Assembly: GCA_965197725.1 (NCBI GenBank) | Contig: CBDANQ010000040.1 | Coordinates: forward strand, 11,709 to 75,708 | Source of the DNA: Longimicrobiales bacterium | GTDB taxonomy: Bacteria > Gemmatimonadota > Gemmatimonadetes > Longimicrobiales > Gaopeijiaceae | DNA: 64,000 bases | Direction of reading: 5' to 3' | Part shown: positions 30,744 through 40,172 of the stretch, one piece after another | How positions within the stretch are numbered: the stretch's first letter is position 1 | Layout: every line of letters begins with the position of its first letter | Program-made: the position numbers and the translations under genes | Notes under the pieces: model-generated | Told to the model about the DNA's origin: nothing | Database searches by the model: none | What the model saw: the letters and a program-made list of their open reading frames with translations, nothing else

Positions 30744-33062
30744 TCAGAACCGAACCAACCGCGTGAACTTGACCGCGAAGGAGCGGTTGAGCACTCCGGT
30801 GAACTCGTCCCGGCCCCCCAGGTTCCCGGCGTCCCCCAGGCCCCCCGTGTCCCGGGCGTCGGTGTACACCACGTAGAGGATCGTCCCCGGCTGGAGCTCC
30901 CACCGCCACCGGAGGTTGGTCTCCACGGCCTCCGTGCTGGAGTTGTACTGCACGAGGGCGCTGACGAAGTTGCGGGGCGTGAGGGTCAGCGTGGGCCGGG
31001 CTCCCAGGAGCGTGACCCGGAAGCTTTCGTCCTCCAGCGTCACCCAGTCCAGGGAGATGCGGGGCTCGACGCTGAACCGCGGGCCGAACTTCACCCGTCC
31101 GTTGTAGCCGAGCTGGGTGCGGCGTCCCGTGTAGAAGCTCCCGTGGCTGGCGTTGAAGATGCCGCTCACCCACCGGTGGGAGCCCGCCTCGAAGCGGGCA
31201 GACACCTCGTGGAACCGATAGCTGCCCGGGGCCACGAGTCGGCCGCCGGCCACGGCTAACGGATCCTGCAGGAACTCGAATTGCCGGGAATAGTCCACCG
31301 TCAGGTCGTCGCCGCTTTCGAACTCCACCCGGAGGCGCGCCTGCTCCTGCCGGGTCTCCAGGACGTCGGCCTCGTTCACGTAGTGGTCCAGGCCCGCCTC
31401 CAGGCTCACCCGCCGCACCAGGGGCAATGACTCGGGCCGCCGGCTGATCCGCCCTTGAACGTAGGAGCGGAGCAAGCCGCTCCGCCGGAGGAGGCCCACC
31501 CCGGGATCGAACCCTTCATCCACCTTGAGCCGCTCCAGGCGGAGCCCGTACCGGTCGGCGTCGTAACGTGCCTGGGCCAAATAGCTCTCCCCGTCGGATG
31601 CCTCCGCCGCGCCCCGGGTCCGGGCGTAGTAGCCCGTGAGCCAGAGGTCCTGGACGGGGGAGAGGTCAAAGTCCGTGCCCCAGGCCAGGTTGGAGCCGTC
31701 GCCGTCCCGGGACGGCCGCCGGTAGGTGGCCAGAGCGCCGATCCTGCCCCGCTCGAAGACGTCGGACTTGACCCGGGCCACGGTGAAGTTCGTTCCCGGG
31801 GCGCCAGTGCCCTCCCCCCCGTCCGTCTGCATGTTCAGCACCCCCGTGGACACAGGACCCGCCCGCCCCATGAGCCGGCCGCCGCCCTCGATGCGGACCG
31901 GCTCCCCCGAGGCGAAGCCGATGCGGCGGGTGTAGAAGAGGATGGGCGTGGGGTCGGGGCCGCCCCGGTTGGGCCCGCCGCGGGGGATGCCCACGAAATC
32001 GAACACGCCCTGCCCCTCAAGGAGGAAGTCCCGCTTCTCGGGAAAGAGCAGGCTGAAGCGGCTGAGGTTGACCTGCTGCTCGTCGATCTCGACCTGGGCG
32101 AAGTCCGTGTTGTAGGTGAGGTCGAGGGTCATGCTGTTGGTGATGCCGTAGCTCGCGTCCAGGCCGCCGTCGGCGTCCAGCTCCCGGGAGACGCCGGTGG
32201 GCCGGTCGGTCCGGAGGGTCGAGATGGCGTACGGCCGGAACTCCAGGTCGTGGGAGGCGCTGGGAGCCTCCAGGCCCACCAGGGTCGCGGCCGAGGCCAG
32301 CCGGAAGATCCCGCTCTGGTTGAACGAGCGGGGTACCGGCGACAGCAGGCTGAACTCGTTCTTGGACCGCACCACCCGGAACACGTTGATCCCCCACACC
32401 TGTTCCCGCCCCGGGGCGTAGCGGAGGGACTCGAAGGGGATCGCCATCTCCGCGGTCCACCCCTCCTCCACCCGCCGGCTCCGGACGTCCCAGACCGTGT
32501 TCCAGTCGTAGTTGGTGGTGGTCTCGTCCAGGATCAGGGCGTCCCGCACCCCGCCCAGGGGGTTGGTCTGGAAGAAGAAGGCGCTCCGGCGGTCGAGAAA
32601 GGTGTCGAGGGCGACGATGACGTTGTCGTTCCTCCAGATGTTCCGGTTGTCCCGGCGCATCTCGTTGGCCACGATCCGCTCCGGCCGGCGGTCCAGGGCC
32701 CGGACGGCCACGTAGACGTTCCGGTCGTCGTAGAAGACCCAGATCTGGGTGTCTTCCGTGGCCGGGGCGCCGTTGTCCGGGTTCTGCTGGATAAACCCCG
32801 ACGCCGGCTCTAGCCTCCCGTACACCGCCTCCTCCAGGGCCCCGTCCAGCTCCAGGGGCTCCTCCAGGCGCACGGCCCGGATCGTTATCTCGCCCTCGTC
32901 GTTACGGGCCGCGGTAGCGGGAGGCTCCGGGAGGGCGAGGCCGCCGGTGGCAGCGGACGGGTCGGCGGCCTTCTCCTGCGCGCCCCCAGGAGCGGCGGCC
33001 AGGACGACGGCCAGGACGAGCGGGGCTGCCAGGGGGCACCGGACCAACACACATGCGTTCAT
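30744..33062 (-). CDS. DUF5916/CBM9-like outer-membrane protein
   Basis: Signal peptide; LDGALEE, FFFQTNPLG, WTAEMAIPFESLRY, TYNTDFAQVEID, FPEKRDF, FYTRRIG; C-terminal F. Confidence 0.88.
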   Translation of the reverse strand: MNACVLVRCPLAAPLVLAVVLAAAPGGAQEKAADPSAATGGLALPEPPATAARNDEGEITIRAVRLEEPLELDGALEEAVYGRLEPASGFIQQNPDNGAPATEDTQIWVFYDDRNVYVAVRALDRRPERIVANEMRRDNRNIWRNDNVIVALDTFLDRRSAFFFQTNPLGGVRDALILDETTTNYDWNTVWDVRSRRVEEGWTAEMAIPFESLRYAPGREQVWGINVFRVVRSKNEFSLLSPVPRSFNQSGIFRLASAATLVGLEAPSASHDLEFRPYAISTLRTDRPTGVSRELDADGGLDASYGITNSMTLDLTYNTDFAQVEIDEQQVNLSRFSLLFPEKRDFLLEGQGVFDFVGIPRGGPNRGGPDPTPILFYTRRIGFASGEPVRIEGGGRLMGRAGPVSTGVLNMQTDGGEGTGAPGTNFTVARVKSDVFERGRIGALATYRRPSRDGDGSNLAWGTDFDLSPVQDLWLTGYYARTRGAAEASDGESYLAQARYDADRYGLRLERLKVDEGFDPGVGLLRRSGLLRSYVQGRISRRPESLPLVRRVSLEAGLDHYVNEADVLETRQEQARLRVEFESGDDLTVDYSRQFEFLQDPLAVAGGRLVAPGSYRFHEVSARFEAGSHRWVSGIFNASHGSFYTGRRTQLGYNGRVKFGPRFSVEPRISLDWVTLEDESFRVTLLGARPTLTLTPRNFVSALVQYNSSTEAVETNLRWRWELQPGTILYVVYTDARDTGGLGDAGNLGGRDEFTGVLNRSFAVKFTRLVRF

Positions 33063-33154
33063 GCGTAGGATGATGTATGTCGTGATCCTGGTCCGAAAGC
33101 CCGTGCCCGCCGGCTTCGGCGGATTAGCCGCCGACGTGTCCCCACTCCAGCGCC

Positions 33155-33590
33155 TCGTCTCCGCCATCCTGCTCCACCTCGACCTCCCCCACAAACCCCC
33201 GCCCCTCTCGCCCGCCCGCGGACCGCCCCAGAGCGATCTCCTCGTCGAGCTCCTCGATCAGACGCCCACCTTCGACCCCGCCGCGCCCGACCCCGTCCCG
33301 ACCAACGCTTCGCGTCGGTGCCCTCGACTTCGACCAGTCCGTGCTCGACTCCTTCGACCCCTGAGTCTCCCGCGTCCAGTCGGCCGTCGGATTCATTGCC
33401 CACCTCTATCCCTGCCCATCCACGCATCCCTGCGGCGCGTTCCGACTGACTGAGCTCCTCCTCCCGTTCAGCCGGCCTCGCTTCGCGTGCAGCGCCCGCA
33501 CCGCTTCCGCCCGGCACCCCCGAAGCCCGCCACCATTCCCCTTCCCGCCTCACCTCCTGCCACGGCACCCCTTTTAGACCTCCTATCCTT
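33155..33590 (+). mobile_element. IS91/ISCR-like element 3' end, copy C
   Basis: VSAILLHLDLPHKPPPLSPARGPP tail plus the shared 3' non-coding end. Confidence 0.88.
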
Positions 33591-33701
33591 CCGAAGAGGG
33601 TTTCGAAGCCGTCCGAGCCACACGATCTTTGGCAGATCGCGAGCCGTCGTATTCGACAGCGTGAATTCAAGTCCCGCAGCGACCTCGGAGAGTGATCGAC
33701 C

Positions 33702-34350
33702 ATGGCTGAGCCGGTGCGCCGCCACCACTGGATCGTCCGCTTCACCCACTGGTGTGCTTTCATTCTGGTCTTCGCGATGGTGGCGAGCGGTCTCCAGATC
33801 TACCGAGCTTACCCGCGGTTCGGCGAGCGAGGCGGACCGTACCTCGTGAATCCGTTTCACGACAGGGCGTTCCCGGAGTGGTCACGGCTGGGAGGGTGGC
33901 TCGCCGGAGGGCTCAACTGGCGCTTCGCGCTCATGTGGCCTCTATCTCGGCTATCTCGTGTTCTCGGCCGAGTGGAAGAAGCTCCTCTTTGGGCCGCGCG
34001 ACGTGAAGCCGGCGATCGAGATGCAGAGGTACTACCTCAGGCTCCGCAAGGAGCACCCGCCACAGGGGAAGCACAACGCACTGCAGAAGGCCGCGTACAC
34101 ATCAGTCCTGTTTCTCGGCGTGCTGTCTGTGGCGACCGGCGTGGCAATCTGGAAGCCGATCCAGTTCTCGTGGCTTACATGGATCTTCGGCGGATACCAG
34201 TTCGCCCGATACTGGCACTTCTTGACGGTGTGGATCTTCGTTGCGTTCGCGATCGTGCACGTCGTGCTCGTGTTCGCTGTGGACCCTGCATCGTTCCGCG
34301 CGATGATCACCGGATGGTATCGGGGGAGGTACACCAGCGATGAGTCGTAA
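33702..34350 (+). pseudogene. Cytochrome b (Ni-hydrogenase/FdnI-type), frameshifted near 33940
   Basis: VRFTHW, SGLQIY, GKHNALQK, ARYWHF, HV motifs across two frames. Apparent short deletion after MWP; the expected WHF reads WRF. Confidence 0.85.
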
Positions 34351-35038
34351 CGTGAATCGGCGTGCGTTCGTCGCGTCGAGTGCTGCAGCGGTGCTCAGCG
34401 CCTGCGGGTGGGATGGTGGGCCGGCGCTCCGGCCGGTGTTCGGCGGGGTCGGTCGATTCAACGACTGGTTCAGCGAACGGTTATTCTCCGCCGATCGGCT
34501 CGCACGGAAGTACGAACCTGAGCAACGCTCGACGAGCTTTCCGAACTACCACATCAGCCGCATGACCCCAACGCTCGCCGACCCGTCGGCATGGCGGCTC
34601 GAGGTCGGTGGGTTGGTGCGCACCCCTCTCTCGCTGTCGATCGAGGAGATCCAGCAGCTCGGCCGCATCAGCTACACGGTCAAGCACCATTGCGTGGAGG
34701 GATGGTCGGCCATCGCAACCTGGGCGGGCGTCCCGTTCCGGGCTGTCGCCGATCGGGCCGGGGTAATGCCCGGAGCGCGCTATGTGCGTTGCGACTCGTT
34801 TGATGCGGGCTACTACAACGGATGGGACCTGGGGTCGGCCATGCATCCTGAGACGATGCTCGCTTACGGGTTCAACGACGGAGACATCATGCCAGATCAC
34901 GGGGCGCCGCTGAGGCTCTACGCGCCGCACAAGCTCGGATACAAGCTCACCAAGTATTTGACACGAATCACGCTGACCGATGAACGTCCCGGCGGCTACT
35001 GGGAGGACCAGGGCTACCCCTGGTTCGGCGGCGTATGA
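34340..35038 (+). CDS. Molybdopterin oxidoreductase, sulfite oxidase/MsrP(YedY)-like
   Basis: NRRAFV Tat motif plus LSAC; HHCVEGWS, HGAPLRL, KLGYKLTK, GYWEDQGY. Confidence 0.92.
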   Translation: MSRNVNRRAFVASSAAAVLSACGWDGGPALRPVFGGVGRFNDWFSERLFSADRLARKYEPEQRSTSFPNYHISRMTPTLADPSAWRLEVGGLVRTPLSLSIEEIQQLGRISYTVKHHCVEGWSAIATWAGVPFRAVADRAGVMPGARYVRCDSFDAGYYNGWDLGSAMHPETMLAYGFNDGDIMPDHGAPLRLYAPHKLGYKLTKYLTRITLTDERPGGYWEDQGYPWFGGV

Positions 35039-35262
35039 GGCGCCGTTCGATCTGTTTGGGGGCGGTGATCGTCCTGACCGTGTCGGCCTGCGCCCGCGAG
35101 TTGGACATGCCGGAGCGCCTTGAGATGCCGGACACGATGGCCGTCCACCGCGCGATGGAGGATCCCGCGGCGCGGGACTTGATGCTCGATTCGATGCCCG
35201 GCGGTGAGATGGCCCGGGGTGACTCGACCGCCGAGATGGAGCTCCTGAAGAAGAAGATGTAG
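35035..35262 (+). CDS. Small methionine-rich lipoprotein
   Basis: ATGA overlap with the upstream gene; VSAC lipobox; 9 Met in 57 mature residues. Confidence 0.75.
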   Translation: MRRRSICLGAVIVLTVSACARELDMPERLEMPDTMAVHRAMEDPAARDLMLDSMPGGEMARGDSTAEMELLKKKM

Positions 35263-36668
35263 CTCCACACGAGCCCCGGAGCGCCGCCTGACGCCCAGCT
35301 CGGAGCCGTCAGCTTCTTTCATCGCTTCGGCTCGTCCCTCAACGTCCACCCCCACTACCACCTCATCGTCCTCGACGGTGTGTTCGGCGAGGCTGGCGAC
35401 GGCGAGATCGAGTTTCACGAGGCCTCCGAGCTGACGCCCGATCACATACGCCAGCTCGAACCCATCCTCCAGCGACGCGTCCTTCGCTACTTCCGCCGCC
35501 ACGGGCTCCTGGACGAGCTCGACGCCGCTGGCATGCTCACCTGGCAAGGCTCGGGCGGGTTTAGCGTCGACGCCTCCGTGCGCATCGAGGGTGAGGACCG
35601 CGCGGGCATCGAGCGCCTCGTCCGATACTGTGCCCGGCCGCCCTTCGCGCTCGAACGCCTGCACGCCCTCGACTCCACCCCTGCCCTCGCTTCAGGGGCA
35701 CCCACCGAAGGTGGGTCGGCCGCGTTCTCTACCGCTTCCCGAAACCCGACGTCCACGGCCGCACCGAGCTGCTGCTCACACCCCTCGAACTCCTCGAGGC
35801 CCTCGCGACCAACGCTTCGCGTCGGTGCCCTCGTCCCACCCCCGCGCGTCCATCGTCACCGCTACCACGGGGTTCTGGCTCCGAATGCCAGGCTGCGGCC
35901 CTACGTCGTCGCATTCGGTCGGCCCGAGCGCGTGCCCGAGGCGCCTGTGCCCGAAGGCGATGCCACCTCACCTGGCGTGCCCCCCCCCCGAGCCGACCCC
36001 CGCTTCCCGCCCCTCCCCTGCCCGGGGGCACCCACCGCAGGTGGGTCGCTGGGCCGTCCTTCTCGCGCGCATCTACGACGTGCTGCCGCTCCTGTGTCCC
36101 GCAGGGCACCGCGCGAAGCGTGGTCCGCCGAGATGAAGATCCTCGCGTTTGCCTTCGGCGAGCTCCGCTTCGCTCCGGTTCTGACCGATCCGCCCGTCGT
36201 CTCCGCCATCCTCCTCCACCTCGACCTCCCCCACAAACCCCCGCCCCTCTCGCCCGCCCGCGGACCGCCCCAGAGCGATCTCCTCGTCGAGCTCCTCGAT
36301 CAGACGCCCACCTTCGACCCCGCCGAGCCCGACCCCCACCAAAGGTGGGGTACCCGTCCCGACCAACGCCTCGCGACCACGCTCCGCGCGGTGCCCTGCC
36401 CTCGACTTCGACCAGTCCGTGCCCGACTCCTTCGACCCCTGAGTCTCCCGCGTCCAGTCGGCCGTCGGATTCATTGCCCACCTCTATCCCTGCCCATCCA
36501 CGCATCCCTGCGGCGCGTTCCGACTGACTGAGCCCCTCCTCCCATTCAGCCGGCCTCGCTTCGCGTGGAGCGCCCGCACCGCTTCCGCCCGGCACCCCCG
36601 AAGCCCGCCACCATTCCCCTTCCCGCCTCACCTCCTGCCACGGCACCCCTTTTAGACCTCCTATCCTT
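35263..36668 (+). mobile_element. IS91/ISCR-like element, 5'-truncated, copy D (transposase pseudogene plus ori end)
   Basis: HRFGSSLNVHPHYHLIVLDG (HUH), GFSVDASV, ERLVRYCARPP, RYHGVLAPNA. Disrupted by several small hairpin insertions. Confidence 0.9.
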
Positions 36669-36737
36669 TAACTGTCGCGTTCGGTTACCGTGGTGAGGTC
36701 GACGCTCGTCACGGCCTGGGCACCAGGGAGGTGAGCC

Positions 36738-38727
36738 ATGATCCCCGTCGCATTGAAACGCACCTTGGTCTTACTCGTCCTGGCAGCCCTTGCCCTTCCG
36801 GTCGCAGCACAGACTCCCCCGGCGACCTCGGAGCAACGGGCAGCTGGAGACCGAGTCGCTTCGGTCGAGTTCAGCGTCGACGAGCTCATCGTCGAGCGCG
36901 AGGCGACCACCTCGCTGGAGGTCCGTCTTCTGGACGGGGATGGCAATCCGGTCGACGAGGCGGTCGCACTTCTCGTGGCCCGGGTGAGTGTGTCGCCGCA
37001 GGTCGTGCCACTTACGGGTACCGTGTCCGCCGAGCTCACCGGGGGAGCACCCGGCGAGGGTGAACTGGCTGTGATCGTAATGAGGTCGGAGGACAGCGGG
37101 GGCGGCGCATTCAGGATGCGCGGCGCGGCGCTCGTCGGGACGCTGCCAGTGCGCGTCTTGGAATGGCCGGCTGGGTCGATCGAGATCGATGAGCCCAGGT
37201 ATGCGGCCTACGTCGGGACGTCGCTGCGACTGGCCGGACGCGTGCTCACCGACCGCGGCACGGAGCACAGCACGGCTGGAATTACGTGGCGCTCGTCCGA
37301 TCCCTCGGCCGCCTTGGTGACGGCGGGTGGCGTGCTCATCGGCCTGAACCCGGGCCGGGTCACAGTGACCGCACACACCGAGAACAACGTCGTCGCCGGC
37401 CTGGAGGTGGATGTTGTCACAAACCCCGTGACGGGGCTGTCACTCACCCCACAGATGGCGCGGGCCCGGACGGGCGATGTGGTCGAGTTCGAGATCATGC
37501 TCGCCGATGTCCAAGGGCGGGCAGTTACCGACGCCTCCGTCGACCTCTCCGTTTCGGGCCTCGACGGGACCGCCGGGCGCCTACCGGGTCATCGCAACCG
37601 TAGGCGGTGTCTCGTCGGCTTCTCTCGTCGAGGTCTCCCAACGTGACGTAGCCACCCCCGTCGAGCTGGTAGCGCACGGCGTGCGATCCGAGGTCTCCAC
37701 GAGTGACCTGTGGGTCTTCGAGGGTTTGGACGGTCGCGACTACGCCTACACAGGAACACACGCCCAAGGGGGCGGCCAGCGCATGTTCGTGTGGGACGTC
37801 ACGGACCCGGCGAGCGTCGCACTCGTCGATTCGGTTGTCGTCGACGCCCGGGTCGTGAACGACGTCAAGGTCAGTGAGGACGCAAGCTGGGCCATCATCA
37901 CGCGTGAAGGTGCTAGCACGCGCCGGAACGGGATCGTCGTCCTGGACCTCCAGGACCCGGCTCATCCCACGATCATGGCGGAGCTGACGGACGACCTGAC
38001 CGCTGGAATCCACAACGTGTGGATCATGGGTGACGTGGTGTACGCGGTGAACGACGGCACCAACGCGATGAACATCATCGACATGAGCGATCCGTCGAAT
38101 CCACGTAACGCGGGGCGCTGGGAGCTCCGGCCCGGCGAGACCGGCAAGTCACTCCACGACGTCTGGGCCGAGGACGGGTACGCCTACCTCTCGTACTGGG
38201 ACGACGGGCTCGTCATTCTCGACGTGGGTGCCGGGACACACGGTGGCACCCCCTTCGAGCCGGTGTTCGTGTCGAGCATCTCCTACCCGGAAGGCAACAC
38301 GCACGTCGCGTGGCGCGACCGGGACTACGTCTTCCTTGGCGATGAGATCGGCACGTCCGACGGCATGCGCGGATTCATCCATGTGATCGACGTGAGCGAC
38401 GTCGACAACCCGCGCCAGGTCGCCAAGTACGACCTACCGGAGGCCGGATCCCACAACGTCTGGATCGAGGACGAGACGCTGTACATCGCCTACTACCAGG
38501 GTGGCCTCCGCATCGTCGACATCAGCGGCACCCTACGTGGTGATCTGTACCGCCAAGGACGCGAGATCGGGTTCTTCCGCACCAGGGCTCAGGAAGGCCA
38601 GGGGCTCGTGCCCAACCGGCCCCAGGCGTGGGGACCCCAGGTCCACAAGGGTCACCTCTTCGTCAGCGACATCAACAGCGGCCTCTGGGTGTTGAGGCAC
38701 GAGAGGCCGAGGCCGGCGGTGTTCTAG
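36738..38727 (+). pseudogene. Secreted Ig-like (Big_2) plus LVIVD-repeat protein, frameshifted near 37575
   Basis: Signal peptide and TWRSSDPSAALV Ig motif in ORF 36738-37646; LVIVD repeats (LVILDV, IHVIDV, LRIVDI) in ORF 37477-38727. Confidence 0.8.
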
Positions 38728-39839
38728 TGGCGGTAGCTCGTCATCTACCGGTCGCGGTAGTCCTCGCGGCTGGCCTCGCTGTCACGCACGACCTCGAAGC
38801 GCAGTCGCGGGAAAGCGCGACGTATTGGGTGTACGTCGCAAACGAGTCCTCGGATCTGGTGTCCCTTGTGCGCTTCGACGGCCGCACGGCGGTCGAGGAG
38901 CGGGTGATCGAGGTGGGATATCACCCCGTCGACCTCGACGGGGCGCAGGGGCTGACCGTGTCACCCGACGGGGCCTTTTGGTACGTGTCCTTCGCCCATG
39001 GCCAGCCGTACGGCCGCGTCTGGAAGATGCGGACGGGCACCGACGAGCTCGTAGACTCGGCGACTGTGGGTCTGTTCCCGGCTACGATGGCGCTCTCGCC
39101 GGACGGCTCCACCCTGTTCGCGGCGAACTTCAATCTGCACGGAGACCCGGTTGCGAGCAGTGTCTCCACGGTCTTCACCCCTTTCATGGCGCCGACGGGG
39201 CAGATCGAAACATGCGTGAGGCCACACGGCAGTCGCGTCAGTCACGACGGGTTGAACCACTACTCGGGCTGTCTCCTCAGCGATCAGCTGGTCGAGATCT
39301 CCACGCGGACCCTCATGGTAACCCGCCGCCTTCGATTGTCTGCGGGGCGTGAGGGACCGGTGAACGTTCCCCCGGGCACCGTCGTCTCGGCCGACGGCGC
39401 GTGTCGCCCCACGTGGGTCGTCGTGTCGCCCGACGATCGCGAGCTGTACGTGACGTGTAACGGACGGGCGGAGATCCTCGCGATCGACCGAGAGACGTTC
39501 GAGATTACTCGGCGCTCGGCGACCGGACTGGGCCCTTACAGCGCGGCGGCAAGCCCCGACGGGTCCCGCCTCGTGGTGACCCTGAAGGGCGAGCAGGCCG
39601 TCGCGATCTTCGACTTGGAGACGGGCGCCGAGCGGCGCGTGGCGACGAGCCGGTCCCTCACCCATGGCGTCGTGATTTCGCCGGATGGGCGGTACGCCTT
39701 CGTCTCGAACGAGGCCGTGGGCGCCACACGTGGAACGGTCGACGTCATCGACATCGCTAGTGCCGAACCGGTTGCGATCGTGGAGGTTCAGTACCAGCTG
39801 GGCGGAATCGGCTTCTGGAAGATGGAGCCGGCACGCTAG
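38727..39839 (+). CDS. YVTN/YncE-like beta-propeller protein
   Basis: VYVANESSD, repeated (V/L/I)SPDG, AFVSNE. GTG overlaps the upstream stop. Confidence 0.87.
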   Translation: MAVARHLPVAVVLAAGLAVTHDLEAQSRESATYWVYVANESSDLVSLVRFDGRTAVEERVIEVGYHPVDLDGAQGLTVSPDGAFWYVSFAHGQPYGRVWKMRTGTDELVDSATVGLFPATMALSPDGSTLFAANFNLHGDPVASSVSTVFTPFMAPTGQIETCVRPHGSRVSHDGLNHYSGCLLSDQLVEISTRTLMVTRRLRLSAGREGPVNVPPGTVVSADGACRPTWVVVSPDDRELYVTCNGRAEILAIDRETFEITRRSATGLGPYSAAASPDGSRLVVTLKGEQAVAIFDLETGAERRVATSRSLTHGVVISPDGRYAFVSNEAVGATRGTVDVIDIASAEPVAIVEVQYQLGGIGFWKMEPAR

Positions 39840-39950
39840 ACGTCAGCCCAGCGCCCTCGTACGGATCTCCTCAGCCACTCTGTTGATGAACGCGCCGCGG
39901 TCCATGACGTCCTGTCTCTCCTGGCCCGAGCGTCCGCAGCCGACCCCATA

Positions 39951-39973
39951 GTTCTGATGGAGGCGGCGGGAGT
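39951..39973 (-). repeat. 23-bp duplicate of the ssrA 3' end
   Basis: GTTCTGATGGAGGCGGCGGGAGT is identical to 40166-40188. Confidence 0.9.
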
Positions 39974-40128
39974 GGCGGCGTCCCTTCGGGCCACCGTCGG
40001 CTCCTCGGTCCGGCAGACAGATCTTCAGTAGACTCGCCTGCTCGTCGGCTCAAACCCGCTAGCGCTCTTCGCTTCGCGAATCCCGGCGGGTTCGCCTCCC
40101 GCCGACCTGGCTAGACGGCGTAAAGAAC

Positions 40129-40170
40129 AGAACAGGCCTGAGCACCGTGTAGGGTAGTCGGGCCTGTTCT
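40129..40170 (-). terminator. Probable ssrA terminator hairpin
   Basis: AGAACAGGCCYGA inverted repeat directly after ssrA, followed by a U-rich run on the minus strand. Confidence 0.65.
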
Positions 40171-40172
40171 GA

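Noticed and set aside
25636..35038. Selenocysteine read-through in the Mo enzymes, prompted by selB
   Set aside because: These ORFs have no internal in-frame TGA, and the MsrP-like ligand is a normal Cys (HCVEGW).
9959..36668. Repeats as a CRISPR array or integron attC cassette array
   Set aside because: Units are over 240 bp, irregularly spaced and derived from an IS91 transposase end. No cas or intI gene and no attC-like R boxes were seen.
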